From NCBI RefSeq assembly GCF_056746865.1, contig NZ_CM163382.1: 64,000 nucleotides of DNA. One strand, 5' to 3'. The notes below the pieces were generated by a model. It saw nothing but the letters and a program-made list of their open reading frames with translations. It was not told where the DNA came from and did not search any database. Position numbers and translations under genes: made by a program. Shown in pieces: positions 20,508 to 34,104 of the stretch (within the stretch, counting starts at the first letter, position 1; each line of letters opens with the position of its first letter).

Positions 20508-21185
20508 ATGAAGTGGGACTGGATTTTCTTTGATGCCGATGAAACGCTGTTTACCTTTGACTCATTCACCGGCCTGCAGCGGATGTTTCTTGATTACAGC
20601 GTCACCTTTACCGCTGAAGATTTTCAGGACTATCAGGCCGTTAACAAGCCACTGTGGGTGGATTATCAAAACGGCGCGATCACTTCATTACAGCTTCAGC
20701 ACGGGCGGTTTGAGAGCTGGGCCGAACGACTGAACGTCGAGCCGGGTAAACTCAACGAAGCCTTTATTAATGCGATGGCGGAAATCTGTACGCCGCTGCC
20801 GGGCGCGGTTTCTCTGCTTAACGCCATTCGTGGCAACGCCAAAATCGGCATCATCACCAACGGCTTTAGCGCCTTGCAGCAAGTGCGTCTGGAACGCACG
20901 GGCCTGCGTGATTATTTCGATTTGTTGGTGATTTCCGAAGAAGTTGGCGTAGCCAAACCGAATAAGAAAATTTTCGATTATGCGCTGGAACAGGCGGGCA
21001 ATCCTGACCGTTCACGCGTGCTGATGGTTGGCGACACTGCCGAGTCCGATATTCTCGGTGGCATCAACGCCGGGCTTGCGACCTGCTGGCTGAATGCGCA
21101 CAATCGCGAGCAACCAGAAGGCATCGCGCCTACCTGGACCGTTTCTTCGTTGCACGAACTGGAGCAGCTCCTGTGTAAACACTGA
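20508..21185 (+). CDS. yjjG: HAD-family pyrimidine 5'-nucleotidase YjjG
   Basis: 225-aa ORF with HAD motif [10 protein letters not shown] and motif [10 protein letters not shown]. Confidence 0.9.
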   Translation: MKWDWIFFDADETLFTFDSFTGLQRMFLDYSVTFTAEDFQDYQAVNKPLWVDYQNGAITSLQLQHGRFESWAERLNVEPGKLNEAFINAMAEICTPLPGAVSLLNAIRGNAKIGIITNGFSALQQVRLERTGLRDYFDLLVISEEVGVAKPNKKIFDYALEQAGNPDRSRVLMVGDTAESDILGGINAGLATCWLNAHNREQPEGIAPTWTVSSLHELEQLLCKH

Positions 21186-21275
21186 TTGCCTCCCCCCCGT
21201 TGATGGGTAAAATAGCCGCAATTTTTCGTTTTCAACAAGCGCGGCGCGATGCCGCTTACTCAAGAAGAAAGAATT

Positions 21276-22865
21276 ATGACGTTGTCTCCTTATTTGCAAG
21301 AGGTGGCGAAGCGCCGCACTTTTGCCATTATTTCTCACCCGGACGCCGGTAAGACTACCATCACCGAGAAGGTGCTGCTGTTCGGACAGGCCATTCAGAC
21401 CGCCGGTACAGTAAAAGGCCGTGGTTCCAACCAGCACGCTAAGTCGGACTGGATGGAGATGGAAAAGCAGCGTGGGATCTCCATTACTACTTCTGTGATG
21501 CAGTTTCCGTATCACGATTGCCTGGTTAACCTGCTCGACACCCCGGGGCACGAAGACTTCTCGGAAGATACCTATCGTACCCTGACGGCGGTGGACTGCT
21601 GCCTGATGGTTATCGACGCTGCAAAAGGTGTTGAAGATCGTACCCGTAAGCTGATGGAAGTTACCCGTCTGCGCGACACGCCGATCCTCACCTTTATGAA
21701 CAAACTTGACCGTGATATCCGCGACCCGATGGAGCTGCTCGATGAAGTTGAGAACGAGCTGAAAATCGGCTGCGCACCGATCACCTGGCCGATTGGCTGC
21801 GGCAAGCTGTTTAAAGGCGTTTACCACCTTTATAAAGATGAAACCTATCTCTATCAGAGCGGTAAAGGCCACACGATTCAGGAAGTCCGCATTGTTAAAG
21901 GGCTGAATAACCCGGATCTCGACGCTGCGGTTGGTGAAGATCTGGCACAGCAGCTACGTGACGAACTGGAACTGGTGAAAGGCGCGTCTAACGAGTTCGA
22001 CAAAGAGCTGTTCCTTGCGGGCGAAATCACTCCGGTATTCTTCGGTACTGCGCTGGGTAACTTTGGCGTTGATCATATGCTGGATGGCCTGGTGGAGTGG
22101 GCCCCTGCGCCGATGCCGCGTCAGACTGATACCCGTACCGTAGAGGCGAGCGAAGACAAATTTACAGGCTTCGTATTTAAAATTCAGGCCAACATGGACC
22201 CGAAACACCGCGACCGCGTGGCGTTTATGCGTGTGGTGTCCGGTAAATATGAAAAAGGCATGAAGCTGCGCCAGGTGCGTACTGCGAAAGATGTGGTGAT
22301 CTCCGACGCGCTGACCTTTATGGCGGGTGACCGTTCGCACGTTGAAGAAGCGTATCCGGGCGATATCCTCGGCCTGCATAACCACGGCACTATTCAGATC
22401 GGCGACACCTTTACCCAGGGTGAGATGATGAAGTTCACCGGTATTCCGAACTTCGCGCCGGAACTGTTCCGTCGTATCCGCCTGAAAGATCCGCTGAAGC
22501 AAAAACAGCTGCTTAAAGGGCTGGTACAGCTTTCCGAAGAGGGCGCAGTGCAGGTGTTCCGTCCGATCTCCAACAACGATCTGATCGTTGGTGCGGTTGG
22601 TGTGCTGCAGTTTGATGTGGTGGTAGCGCGTCTGAAGAGCGAATACAACGTTGAAGCAGTGTATGAGTCAGTCAACGTTGCCACTGCCCGCTGGGTAGAA
22701 TGTGCGGACGCGAAGAAATTCGAAGAGTTCAAGCGTAAGAACGAAAGCCAACTGGCGCTTGATGGCGGCGATAACCTCGCTTACATCGCTACCAGCATGG
22801 TCAACCTGCGCCTGGCGCAGGAACGTTATCCGGACGTTCAGTTCCACCAGACCCGCGAGCATTAA
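21276..22865 (+). CDS. prfC: peptide chain release factor 3 (GTPase)
   Basis: ORF-track frame 21249..22865; start trimmed to ATG 21276 ([10 protein letters not shown], 529 aa); G1 motif SHPDAGKTT. Confidence 0.9.
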
Positions 22866-23257
22866 TTCTTGCCTCCAGGGCGCGGTAGCCGCTGCGCCCT
22901 GTCAATTTCCCTTCCTTATTAGCCGCTTACGGAATGTTCTTAAAACATTCACTTTTGCTTATGTTTTAGCTGATATCCCGAGCGGTTTCAAAATTGTGAT
23001 CTATATTTAACAAAGTAATGACATTTCTGACGGCGTTAAATACCGTTCAATGCGTAGATATCAGTATCTAAAGCCGTCGATTGTCATTCTACCGATATTA
23101 ATAACTGATTCAGAGGCTGTAATGGTCGTTATTCATCACCCATCGCTTTTGTGATGGCGACCATTGACTTCTGTAGAGGGTGAAGTCTCTCCCTATTCAG
23201 CAATGCAACCTCGTGTTGCCAGGCTCAAATTACGAGCAAACATACAGGAATAAATCG

Positions 23258-23863
23258 ATGACTATGACAAGACTGAAGATTTCGAAAACTCTGCTGGCTG
23301 TAATGTTGACCTCTGCCGTCGCGACCGGCTCTGCCTACGCGGAAAACAACGCGCAGACTACCAATGAAAGCGCAGGGCAAAAAGTCGATAGCTCTATGAA
23401 TAAAGTCGGTAATTTCATGGATGACAGCGCCATCACCGCGAAAGTGAAGGCGGCCCTGGTGGATCATGACAACATCAAGAGCACCGATATCTCTGTCAAA
23501 ACCGATCAAAAAGTCGTGACCCTGAGCGGTTTCGTTGAAAGCCAGGCCCAGGCCGAAGAGGCAGTGAAAGTGGCGAAAGGCGTTGAAGGGGTGACCTCTG
23601 TCAGCGACAAACTGCACGTTCGCGACGCTAAAGAAGGCTCTGTGAAGGGCTACGCGGGTGACACCGCCACCACCAGTGAAATCAAAGCCAAACTGCTGGC
23701 GGACGATATCGTCCCTTCCCGTCATGTGAAAGTTGAAACCACCGACGGCGTGGTTCAGCTCTCCGGTACCGTCGATTCCCAGGCACAGAGCGACCGTGCT
23801 GAAAGTATCGCCAAAGCGGTAGATGGTGTGAAAAGCGTTAAAAATGATCTGAAAACTAAGTAA
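23258..23863 (+). CDS. osmY: osmotically inducible periplasmic protein OsmY (two BON domains)
   Basis: ORF-track frame begins at GTG 23180; start trimmed to ATG 23258 ([15 protein letters not shown], 201 aa); signal peptide plus duplicated BON repeats. Confidence 0.88.
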
Positions 23864-23989
23864 TTCGTCGTAATTCGTCCTCCCGAACTTTGTCGGGAGG
23901 CGCGATGTGCACCACACTAAAAATATCGCATTGAGTGATTTTCACGCTCATATCAAGCGGTGACATTAACTATGGTAAAGGAGACGCTT

Positions 23990-24151
23990 ATGTTTCGTTG
24001 GGGCATCATATTTCTGGTTATCGCGTTAATCGCCGCCGCACTTGGGTTTGGTGGTCTGGCCGGTACCGCTGCAGGCGCAGCTAAAATTGTCTTTGTCGTC
24101 GGGATTATTCTGTTCCTGGTGAGTTTGTTCATGGGCCGAAAACGACCCTAG
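23990..24151 (+). CDS. ytjA: small membrane protein YtjA (DUF1328)
   Basis: ORF-track frame 23960..24151; start trimmed to ATG 23990 ([22 protein letters not shown], 53 aa). Confidence 0.7.
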
Positions 24152-24272
24152 ATTTCAGACCATTAAGAAAATTTTATCCAAAGCCAGTCCAGCGGACTGG
24201 CTTTTGCGGTTTTAGCGAATAATAAATTGCGTTACTTTGTCATTCTTTCACAACAAAAACAGGAAGGCAGAG

Positions 24273-25342
24273 GTGGGGCAGCGAATACCTGTAACGCTTG
24301 GTAATATTGCGCCGTTGTCGCTAAGGCCGTTCCAGCCTGGACGAATAGCTCTGGTGTGCGAAGGCGGCGGACAGCGTGGAATTTTCACGGCTGGCGTGCT
24401 GGATGAGTTTATGCGCGCGCAGTTTAATCCTTTCGATCTTTATCTCGGCACATCTGCCGGGGCGCAGAACCTCTCGGCGTATATCTGCAATCAGCCCGGT
24501 TACGCGCGCAAAGTCATCATGCGCTATACCACAAAACGCGAATTTTTCGATCCATTGCGCTTTGTCCGTGGAGGAAATCTTATCGATCTCGACTGGCTGG
24601 TGGAGGCCACTGCAAGCCAGATGCCGTTGCAAATGGATACCGCCGCGCGGTTGTTTGACAGCGGCAAATCGTTTTATATGTGCGCCTGTCGTCAGGATGA
24701 CTATGCGCCGAATTACTTTTTACCAACCAAACAAAACTGGCTGGATGTGATTCGCGCCTCCAGTGCGATACCTGGCTTTTATCGTAGCGGAGTGTCGCTG
24801 GAAGGCATTAACTACCTGGATGGCGGGATCAGTGATGCGATTCCGGTTAAAGAGGCGGCAAGGCAGGGAGCAAAAACGTTGGTCGTCATCCGCACCGTGC
24901 CGTCGCAAATGTACTACACGCCGCAGTGGTTCAAACGCATGGAACGCTGGCTGGGTGACAGTAGCCTGCAGCCGCTGGTCAATCTGGTGCAGCATCATGA
25001 AACCAGCTATCGTGACATTCAGCAATTTATTGAGAAACCACCGGGCAAACTGCGGATATTCGAAATTTATCCGCCGAAGCCATTGCATAGTATCGCGCTT
25101 GGCAGTCGGATTCCGGCGCTGCGTGAAGACTATAAACTTGGGCGTTTATGCGGTCGTTATTTCCTGGCAACGGTTGGCAAGCTATTAACTGAAAAAGCGC
25201 CGCTAACCCGCCATCTGGTGCCAGTGGTGACGCCGGAATCGATTGTCATTCCGCCTGCGCCAGTCGCCAACGATACGCTGGTTGCCGAAGTGAGCGACGC
25301 TCCGCAGGCGAACGACCCGACATTTAACAATGAGGATCTGGC

Positions 25343-25346
<4 letters not shown>
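24273..25346 (+). CDS. yjjU: patatin-like phospholipase YjjU
   Basis: ORF-track frame begins at TTG 24237; likely GTG start 24273 (GQRIPVTLGN, 357 aa); GGGQRG oxyanion motif and GTSAG serine motif. Confidence 0.82.
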
Positions 25347-26640
<1,294 letters not shown>

Positions 26641-27504
26641 TCACAAATATAGCGCCGGAAATATTAACCGGCTCACCCCGCGCACCTTTAACGCATCAGC
26701 CAATGGCTCAACGTCTTCCGGCGTGGCACTCGGCCAGCTTTGCGCCTCGCCATACACGCCGTGGGCATGAAACGCGTTCAGGCGTACCGGAACATCGCCA
26801 AGTCCCTTGATAAACGCCGCCAGCTCATCGATGTGTTGCAAATAATCCACCTGGCCTGGGATTACCAGCAAACGCAGTTCCGCCAGCTTGCCGCGCTCGG
26901 CAAGCAAACAGATGCTGCGCTTAATCTGCTGATTATCGCGTCCGGTTAATTGCTGATGACATTCGCTCCCCCACGCTTTGAGATCGAGCATTGCGCCGTC
27001 GCACACCGGGAGTAATTTTTCCCAGCCGGTTTCGCTCAACATACCGTTACTGTCCACCAGACAGGTGAGATGGCACAGTTGCGGATCGTTTTTGATGGCA
27101 GTAAACAACGCCACCACAAACGGCAGCTGGGTCGTGGCTTCGCCGCCGCTTACCGTTATCCCTTCAATAAACAGCACCGCTTTGCGGATATGGCTAAGCA
27201 CCTCGTCCACGCTCATGGATTGCGCCATCGGCGTGGCATGTTGTGGACACATCTTCAGGCAGGTATCACATTGCTCGCAAACCACAGCGTTCCACACCAC
27301 TTTGCCGTTAACAATCTGCAACGCCTGATGCGGACACTGCGGCACGCACTCTCCGCAGTCATTGCAGCGTCCCATCGTCCACGGATTGTGACAGTTTTTG
27401 CAGCGCAGATTGCAGCCCTGCAAAAACAGAGCCAGACGACTGCCTGGCCCGTCAACGCAGGAGAAGGGGATAATCTTACTGACTAAAGCGCATCTGCTGT
27501 TCAT
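26641..27504 (-). CDS. yjjW: glycyl-radical enzyme activating enzyme (radical SAM plus two ferredoxin-like 4Fe-4S motifs)
   Basis: 287-aa [11 protein letters not shown] radical-SAM cluster motif, plus [12 protein letters not shown] and [12 protein letters not shown]. Confidence 0.88.
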   Translation of the reverse strand: MNSRCALVSKIIPFSCVDGPGSRLALFLQGCNLRCKNCHNPWTMGRCNDCGECVPQCPHQALQIVNGKVVWNAVVCEQCDTCLKMCPQHATPMAQSMSVDEVLSHIRKAVLFIEGITVSGGEATTQLPFVVALFTAIKNDPQLCHLTCLVDSNGMLSETGWEKLLPVCDGAMLDLKAWGSECHQQLTGRDNQQIKRSICLLAERGKLAELRLLVIPGQVDYLQHIDELAAFIKGLGDVPVRLNAFHAHGVYGEAQSWPSATPEDVEPLADALKVRGVSRLIFPALYL

Positions 27505-29026
27505 GGCTTATCACGCGCGGCTGGCGTTCCAGAATACGAGTGTTGCGTGCGGCTTCTTCTCCCAGCCAGGTGGTGTTGGTGCGTGAACCTTCGGCGCGAT
27601 ATTTTTCTAAATCCGACAAACGCACCATATAACCGGTAACGCGAACCAGATCGTTACCGCTGACATTGGCGGTAAATTCACGCATTCCGGCTTTAAAGGC
27701 ACCGAGGCAAAGCTGTACCAGTGCCTGCGGGTTACGTTTGATGGTTTCGTCGAGCGTCAGAATGTCGCTGATGCCGGAATAATAATAAGCATGATGCGGG
27801 GCGACAGTTTGCAGATGAGTAATCGGATCTGGCTCATCACCATACGGCAAACGCGCGCCCGGCGTGGTGCCGATATCAGAACTGATCCCCGACTGTGCGT
27901 GTAACATGGCGCGTTTTTGCCAGCCATATTTCACGGGGGTATTGGCGACAAACTCCGCCAGTTGTGCGCTGATGCGATAACCCACTTCATTTGCGGCGGC
28001 TTCTTTACCGTAGCGCGCGGCAATCCCATCTTTCTCGCACAGCAAGTTAACTGCTTCCGCCAGCCCATACATGCCAAACATTGGCACAAAACGTTCAGGG
28101 TTAATCAGCCCTTCTTTCACCAGGAAGCTATTCTCAAAGAAGTGTGATTGTTGATAGAGGAATTCACACCGCGCATCGATGATGGCGATCTGCTGCTGGC
28201 AGTAGTGCGGTAGAGTGCGCGTAAAGAAGTCATCCAGCGATTCACTGCGCTCGGCAATGGCTTTCAGGTTAAGGCGTACCAGCGTGCTGCCACCACCCGC
28301 CAGCGGCAGTGAGTTGTAACAGCTCACAATCCCGTAGCCCCCTTTTGTGAAAATTTTATCATGCACCGGACCGTTGGCGATGTGCGGTTTGCTACATTCG
28401 CAGATGTTTTTCGCCACTTCCAGCAGCAGATCATCAGGGGTGATTTCAGGATCGTAGATAAAGGTCAGGTTCGGTGAAACCTGCTTCAGCTCTGCATCTG
28501 CACGTAAGATTGCACGGGTGATGGGCGAATCAGACGGGCCGATATTGGCGTGCATAAAGGCGTCTGGCAGGGTTCTGTCGAGGTAACGCCAGAAACGTTT
28601 TATTCGAATATCGATCTCGTCCTGTGTTAGAATTCTAACATACGGCTGCAACAACGCATCCAGTTGCCCCAGGTAGACCGGCATCGATGTGACCGATGGT
28701 ACGTGGTGGTAAAGAATGGTCAGCAGAGAGAGTGCATCATCAAGATCTTTCGCGCCTTCCAGCTCCAGCCATTCGGAACCGTTCGCCAGAAAACGGGCGT
28801 AATCGGGTAAGACATAGCGCGGTTTGTACGGCGCATGACCTTCAAACATATCGCAGATTACACCCTCATCCAGCGCGCGGCGGGCTTCGGCAGGAAGCTG
28901 CGGATAAGGCAGATTGTTTTCTGCTTCCAGCGCCAGAAAATGGCGCTTCTGCTCCGGGCTAAGTACCGGGCTGGTGACAATTTGCTGGCAACGTTGTTGC
29001 AGTGCAATTTCATGAGAAGTGGGCAT
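27476..29026 (-). CDS. yjjI: glycyl radical enzyme-like protein YjjI (DUF3029), substrate unknown
   Basis: 516-aa ORF; C-terminal RVTGY resembles the glycyl radical RVSGY motif; 29-bp overlap with yjjW. Confidence 0.85.
   Translation of the reverse strand: MPTSHEIALQQRCQQIVTSPVLSPEQKRHFLALEAENNLPYPQLPAEARRALDEGVICDMFEGHAPYKPRYVLPDYARFLANGSEWLELEGAKDLDDALSLLTILYHHVPSVTSMPVYLGQLDALLQPYVRILTQDEIDIRIKRFWRYLDRTLPDAFMHANIGPSDSPITRAILRADAELKQVSPNLTFIYDPEITPDDLLLEVAKNICECSKPHIANGPVHDKIFTKGGYGIVSCYNSLPLAGGGSTLVRLNLKAIAERSESLDDFFTRTLPHYCQQQIAIIDARCEFLYQQSHFFENSFLVKEGLINPERFVPMFGMYGLAEAVNLLCEKDGIAARYGKEAAANEVGYRISAQLAEFVANTPVKYGWQKRAMLHAQSGISSDIGTTPGARLPYGDEPDPITHLQTVAPHHAYYYSGISDILTLDETIKRNPQALVQLCLGAFKAGMREFTANVSGNDLVRVTGYMVRLSDLEKYRAEGSRTNTTWLGEEAARNTRILERQPRVISHEQQMRFSQ
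28625..28640. promoter_or_regulatory. DeoR operator (perfect palindrome TGTTAGAATTCTAACA), deo O1-like, located inside the yjjI coding sequence
   Basis: Perfect 16-bp palindrome read from sequence; 599 bp upstream of the second site, matching the known O1-O2 spacing. Confidence 0.75.
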
Positions 29027-29223
29027 CTTCTTTTCCTTTTATGCCGAAGGTGATGCGCCATTGTAAGAAGTTTCGTGATGTTCACTTTGATCCTGATGCG
29101 TTTGCCACCACTGACGCATTCATTTGAAAGTGAATTATTTGAACCAGATCGCATTACAGTGATGCAAACTTGTAAGTAGATTTCCTTAATTGTGATGTAT
29201 ATCGAAGTGTGTTGCGGAGTAGA

Positions 29224-29239
29224 TGTTAGAATACTAACA
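29224..29239. promoter_or_regulatory. DeoR operator (TGTTAGAATACTAACA), deo O2-like, about 45 bp upstream of deoC start
   Basis: 15/16 palindrome read from sequence. Confidence 0.75.
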
Positions 29240-29283
29240 AACTCGCAAGGTGAATTTTATTGGCGACAAGCCAGGAGAATGAA

Positions 29284-30063
29284 ATGACTGATCTGAAAGC
29301 AAGCAGCCTGCGTGCACTGAAATTGATGGACCTGACCACCCTGAATGACGACGACACCGACGAGAAAGTGATCGCCCTGTGTCATCAGGCCAAAACTCCG
29401 GTCGGCAATACCGCCGCTATCTGTATCTATCCTCGCTTTATCCCGATTGCTCGCAAAACGCTGAAAGAGCAGGGTACCCCGGAAATCCGTATCGCTACGG
29501 TAACCAACTTCCCACACGGTAACGACGACATCGACATCGCGCTGGCAGAAACCCGTGCGGCAATCGCCTACGGTGCCGATGAAGTTGACGTGGTGTTCCC
29601 GTACCGCGCGCTGATGGCGGGTAACGAGCAGGTTGGTTTTGACCTGGTGAAAGCCTGTAAAGAGGCTTGCGCAGCGGCTAACGTACTGCTGAAAGTGATC
29701 ATCGAAACCGGCGAACTGAAAGACGAAGCGCTGATCCGCAAAGCGTCTGAAATCTCTATCAAAGCGGGTGCTGACTTCATCAAAACCTCTACCGGTAAAG
29801 TGGCAGTGAACGCGACGCCGGAAAGCGCGCGCATCATGATGGAAGTGATCCGCGACATGGGCGTAGAAAAAACCGTTGGTTTCAAACCGGCGGGCGGCGT
29901 GCGTACTGCGGAAGATGCGCAGAAATATCTCGCCATCGCAGATGAACTGTTCGGCGCTGACTGGGCTGATGCGCGTCACTACCGCTTTGGCGCTTCCAGC
30001 CTGCTGGCAAGCCTGCTGAAAGCGCTGGGCCACGGCGACGGTAAGAGCGCAAGCAGCTACTAA
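29284..30063 (+). CDS. deoC: deoxyribose-phosphate aldolase
   Basis: ORF-track frame begins at TTG 29260; start trimmed to ATG 29284 ([20 protein letters not shown], 259 aa). Confidence 0.92.
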   Translation: MTDLKASSLRALKLMDLTTLNDDDTDEKVIALCHQAKTPVGNTAAICIYPRFIPIARKTLKEQGTPEIRIATVTNFPHGNDDIDIALAETRAAIAYGADEVDVVFPYRALMAGNEQVGFDLVKACKEACAAANVLLKVIIETGELKDEALIRKASEISIKAGADFIKTSTGKVAVNATPESARIMMEVIRDMGVEKTVGFKPAGGVRTAEDAQKYLAIADELFGADWADARHYRFGASSLLASLLKALGHGDGKSASSY

Positions 30064-30084
30064 GCTGCCTTTTGCCAGAGGGTG

Positions 30085-30235
30085 GATGCCGGATGCCCCC
30101 AGTAGGCCTGATAAGACGCGTCAGCGTCGCATCAGGCAGTCAGCAGTGCTGCCTGATGCGGCGCGAACGCCTTATCCGGCCTACGGGCGAGTGCCGTGTA
30201 GGCATGATAAGAATCGGTCAGCATCAGGCAATAAC
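30085..30235. repeat. REP/BIME elements between deoC and deoA
   Basis: GTAGGCCTGATAAGACGCGTCAGCGTCGCATCAGGCA and GCCTGATGCGGCGCGAACGCCTTATCCGGCCTAC palindromic units. Confidence 0.8.
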
Positions 30236-30288
30236 AACATCCGCCATCTGGCAACAACACCTTCAAACTTATTCCACGGGAGGTTACC

Positions 30289-31611
30289 TTGTTTCTCGCA
30301 CAAGAAATTATTCGTAAAAAACGTGATGGTCATGCGCTGAGCGATGAAGAAATTCGTTTCTTTATCAACGGCATTCGCGACAACACTATCTCCGAAGGGC
30401 AGATTGCCGCCCTCGCGATGACCATTTTCTTCCACGATATGACAATGCCTGAGCGTGTCTCGCTGACCATGGCGATGCGAGATTCAGGAACCGTTCTCGA
30501 CTGGAAAAGCCTGCATCTGAATGGCCCAATTGTTGATAAACACTCCACCGGTGGCGTCGGCGATGTGACTTCGCTGATGTTGGGGCCGATGGTCGCAGCC
30601 TGCGGCGGCTATATTCCGATGATCTCCGGTCGCGGCCTCGGTCATACTGGCGGTACGCTCGACAAACTGGAATCCATTCCTGGCTTCGACATTTTCCCGG
30701 ATGACAACCGTTTCCGCGAAATTATTAAAGACGTCGGCGTGGCGATTATCGGTCAGACCAGCTCACTGGCTCCGGCGGATAAACGTTTCTACGCGACCCG
30801 TGATATTACCGCAACCGTGGACTCCATCCCGCTGATCACTGCCTCGATTCTGGCGAAGAAACTGGCGGAAGGTCTGGACGCGCTGGTGATGGACGTGAAA
30901 GTGGGTAGCGGCGCGTTTATGCCGACCTACGAACTCTCTGAAGCCCTTGCCGAAGCGATTGTTGGCGTGGCTAACGGCGCTGGCGTGCGCACCACCGCGC
31001 TGCTCACCGACATGAATCAGGTACTGGCCTCCAGTGCAGGTAACGCGGTTGAGGTTCGTGAAGCAGTGCAGTTCCTGACGGGAGAATATCGTAACCCGCG
31101 TCTGTTTGATGTCACGATGGCGCTGTGCGTGGAGATGCTGATCTCCGGCAAACTGGCGAAAGATGACGCCGAAGCACGCGCGAAATTGCAGGCGGTGCTG
31201 GACAACGGTAAAGCGGCAGAAGTCTTTGGTCGTATGGTAGCGGCACAAAAAGGCCCAACCGACTTCGTTGAGAACTACGCGAAGTATCTGCCGACAGCGA
31301 TGCTGACGAAAGCAGTCTATGCTGATACCGAAGGTTTTGTCAGTGAAATGGATACCCGCGCGCTGGGGATGGCAGTGGTTGCAATGGGCGGCGGACGCCG
31401 TCAGGCATCTGACACCATCGATTACAGCGTCGGCTTTACTGATATGGCGCGTCTGGGCGACCAGGTAGACGGTCAGCGTCCGCTGGCGGTTATCCACGCG
31501 AAAGACGAAAACAGCTGGCAGGAAGCGGCGAAAGCGGTGAAAGCGGCAATTAAACTTGCCGATAAAGCACCGGAAAGCACACCAACTGTCTATCGCCGTA
31601 TCAGCGAATAA
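30289..31611 (+). CDS. deoA: thymidine phosphorylase
   Basis: 440-aa ORF (TTG start) [22 protein letters not shown]... Confidence 0.92.
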
Positions 31612-31641
31612 CGGTATACTGATCTGATCATTTAAATTTGA

Positions 31642-32886
<1,245 letters not shown>

Positions 32887-32942
32887 TGGATTTGGGCGGA
32901 GCGTTGACTCCGCCTTTGTTATGTCACAAAAAGGATAAAACA

Positions 32943-33662
32943 ATGGCTACCCCACACATTAATGCAGAAATGGGCGATTTCGCTGACGTAGTTTTGATGC
33001 CAGGCGACCCGCTGCGTGCGAAGTATATTGCTGAAACTTTCCTTGAAGATGCCCGTGAAGTGAACAACGTTCGCGGTATGCTGGGCTTCACCGGTACTTA
33101 CAAAGGCCGCAAAATTTCCGTAATGGGTCACGGTATGGGTATCCCGTCCTGCTCCATCTACACCAAAGAACTGATCACCGATTTCGGCGTGAAGAAAATT
33201 ATCCGCGTAGGCTCCTGTGGCGCTGTTCTGCCACACGTAAAACTGCGCGACGTCGTTATCGGTATGGGTGCCTGCACCGATTCCAAAGTTAACCGCATCC
33301 GTTTTAAAGACCATGACTTTGCCGCTATCGCTGACTTTGACATGGTGCGTAACGCAGTAGATGCAGCTAAAGCACTGGGCATTGATGCTCGCGTTGGTAA
33401 CCTGTTCTCCGCTGACCTGTTCTACTCTCCGGACGGCGAAATGTTCGACGTGATGGAAAAATACGGCATCCTCGGCGTGGAAATGGAAGCGGCTGGTATC
33501 TACGGCGTCGCTGCAGAATTTGGCGCGAAAGCCCTGACCATCTGCACCGTGTCTGACCACATCCGTACTCACGAGCAGACCACTGCCGCTGAGCGTCAGA
33601 CCACCTTCAACGACATGATCAAAATCGCACTGGAATCCGTTCTGCTGGGCGATAAAGAGTAA
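32943..33662 (+). CDS. deoD: purine nucleoside phosphorylase
   Basis: ORF-track frame 32886..33662; start trimmed to ATG 32943 ([31 protein letters not shown], 239 aa). Confidence 0.92.
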
Positions 33663-33694
33663 TTGTGTTTCGCTGAAAGGCGATTGCCTTGTGA

Positions 33695-33725
33695 AGCCGG
33701 AACGGGAGACTGCTCCGGCTTTTTA
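33695..33725 (+). terminator. intrinsic terminator after deoD (AGCCGGA-N12-TCCGGCT followed by T5)
   Basis: Hairpin plus T-run read from sequence. Confidence 0.6.
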
Positions 33726-33845
33726 GTATCTATTCATCAATAGCGACTGATTTATAGATTTACTATTATTTTTCATATGGATAGAAAATAAAATCCATTC
33801 ATGAATCTATTCATTTATGTTCAGCCGTCATCCAGTAAGGGTATA

Positions 33846-34073
33846 TCAGCAACTCTGGTGGACAACCATAAATTCCTGCCATTTTCTTTTGATGTTTGAG
33901 CTAAGCCGTTCCGTCTTTTCGATCCGTTTTAGAGAATTAATCGAGATACCTAACATTTTACTTACTTCAGCAAGCGATAATTTATGCCTGATACGCACGG
34001 CGGCTAGCCAGGATATACCCTGGCTGAACATTAAATTGATAACCTCCCGTTCCTGGTTTTCCAGATCGATCAT
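33846..34073 (-). CDS. small XRE-family helix-turn-helix protein (75 aa), orphan; occupies the deoD-lplA gap
   Basis: ORF-track frame; residues RIRHKLSLAEVSKMLGISINSLKRIEKTER fit the XRE/Cro-type HTH pattern; no partner gene in the 442-bp deoD-lplA gap. Confidence 0.45.
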   Translation of the reverse strand: MIDLENQEREVINLMFSQGISWLAAVRIRHKLSLAEVSKMLGISINSLKRIEKTERLSSNIKRKWQEFMVVHQSC

Positions 34074-34104
34074 ATTTCCTTCCCTGGATATTTTAATGAG
34101 CGAG

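Noticed and set aside
21012-22862. Minus-strand ORFs of 286, 182 and 112 aa overlapping yjjG-prfC
   Set aside because: Antisense to recognisable yjjG and prfC frames; no motifs; shadow ORFs.
23879-23900. Hairpin CCTCCCGA-N6-TCGGGAGG after osmY as a terminator
   Set aside because: Good stem but no T-run; may be a Rho-dependent or processing site, not called.
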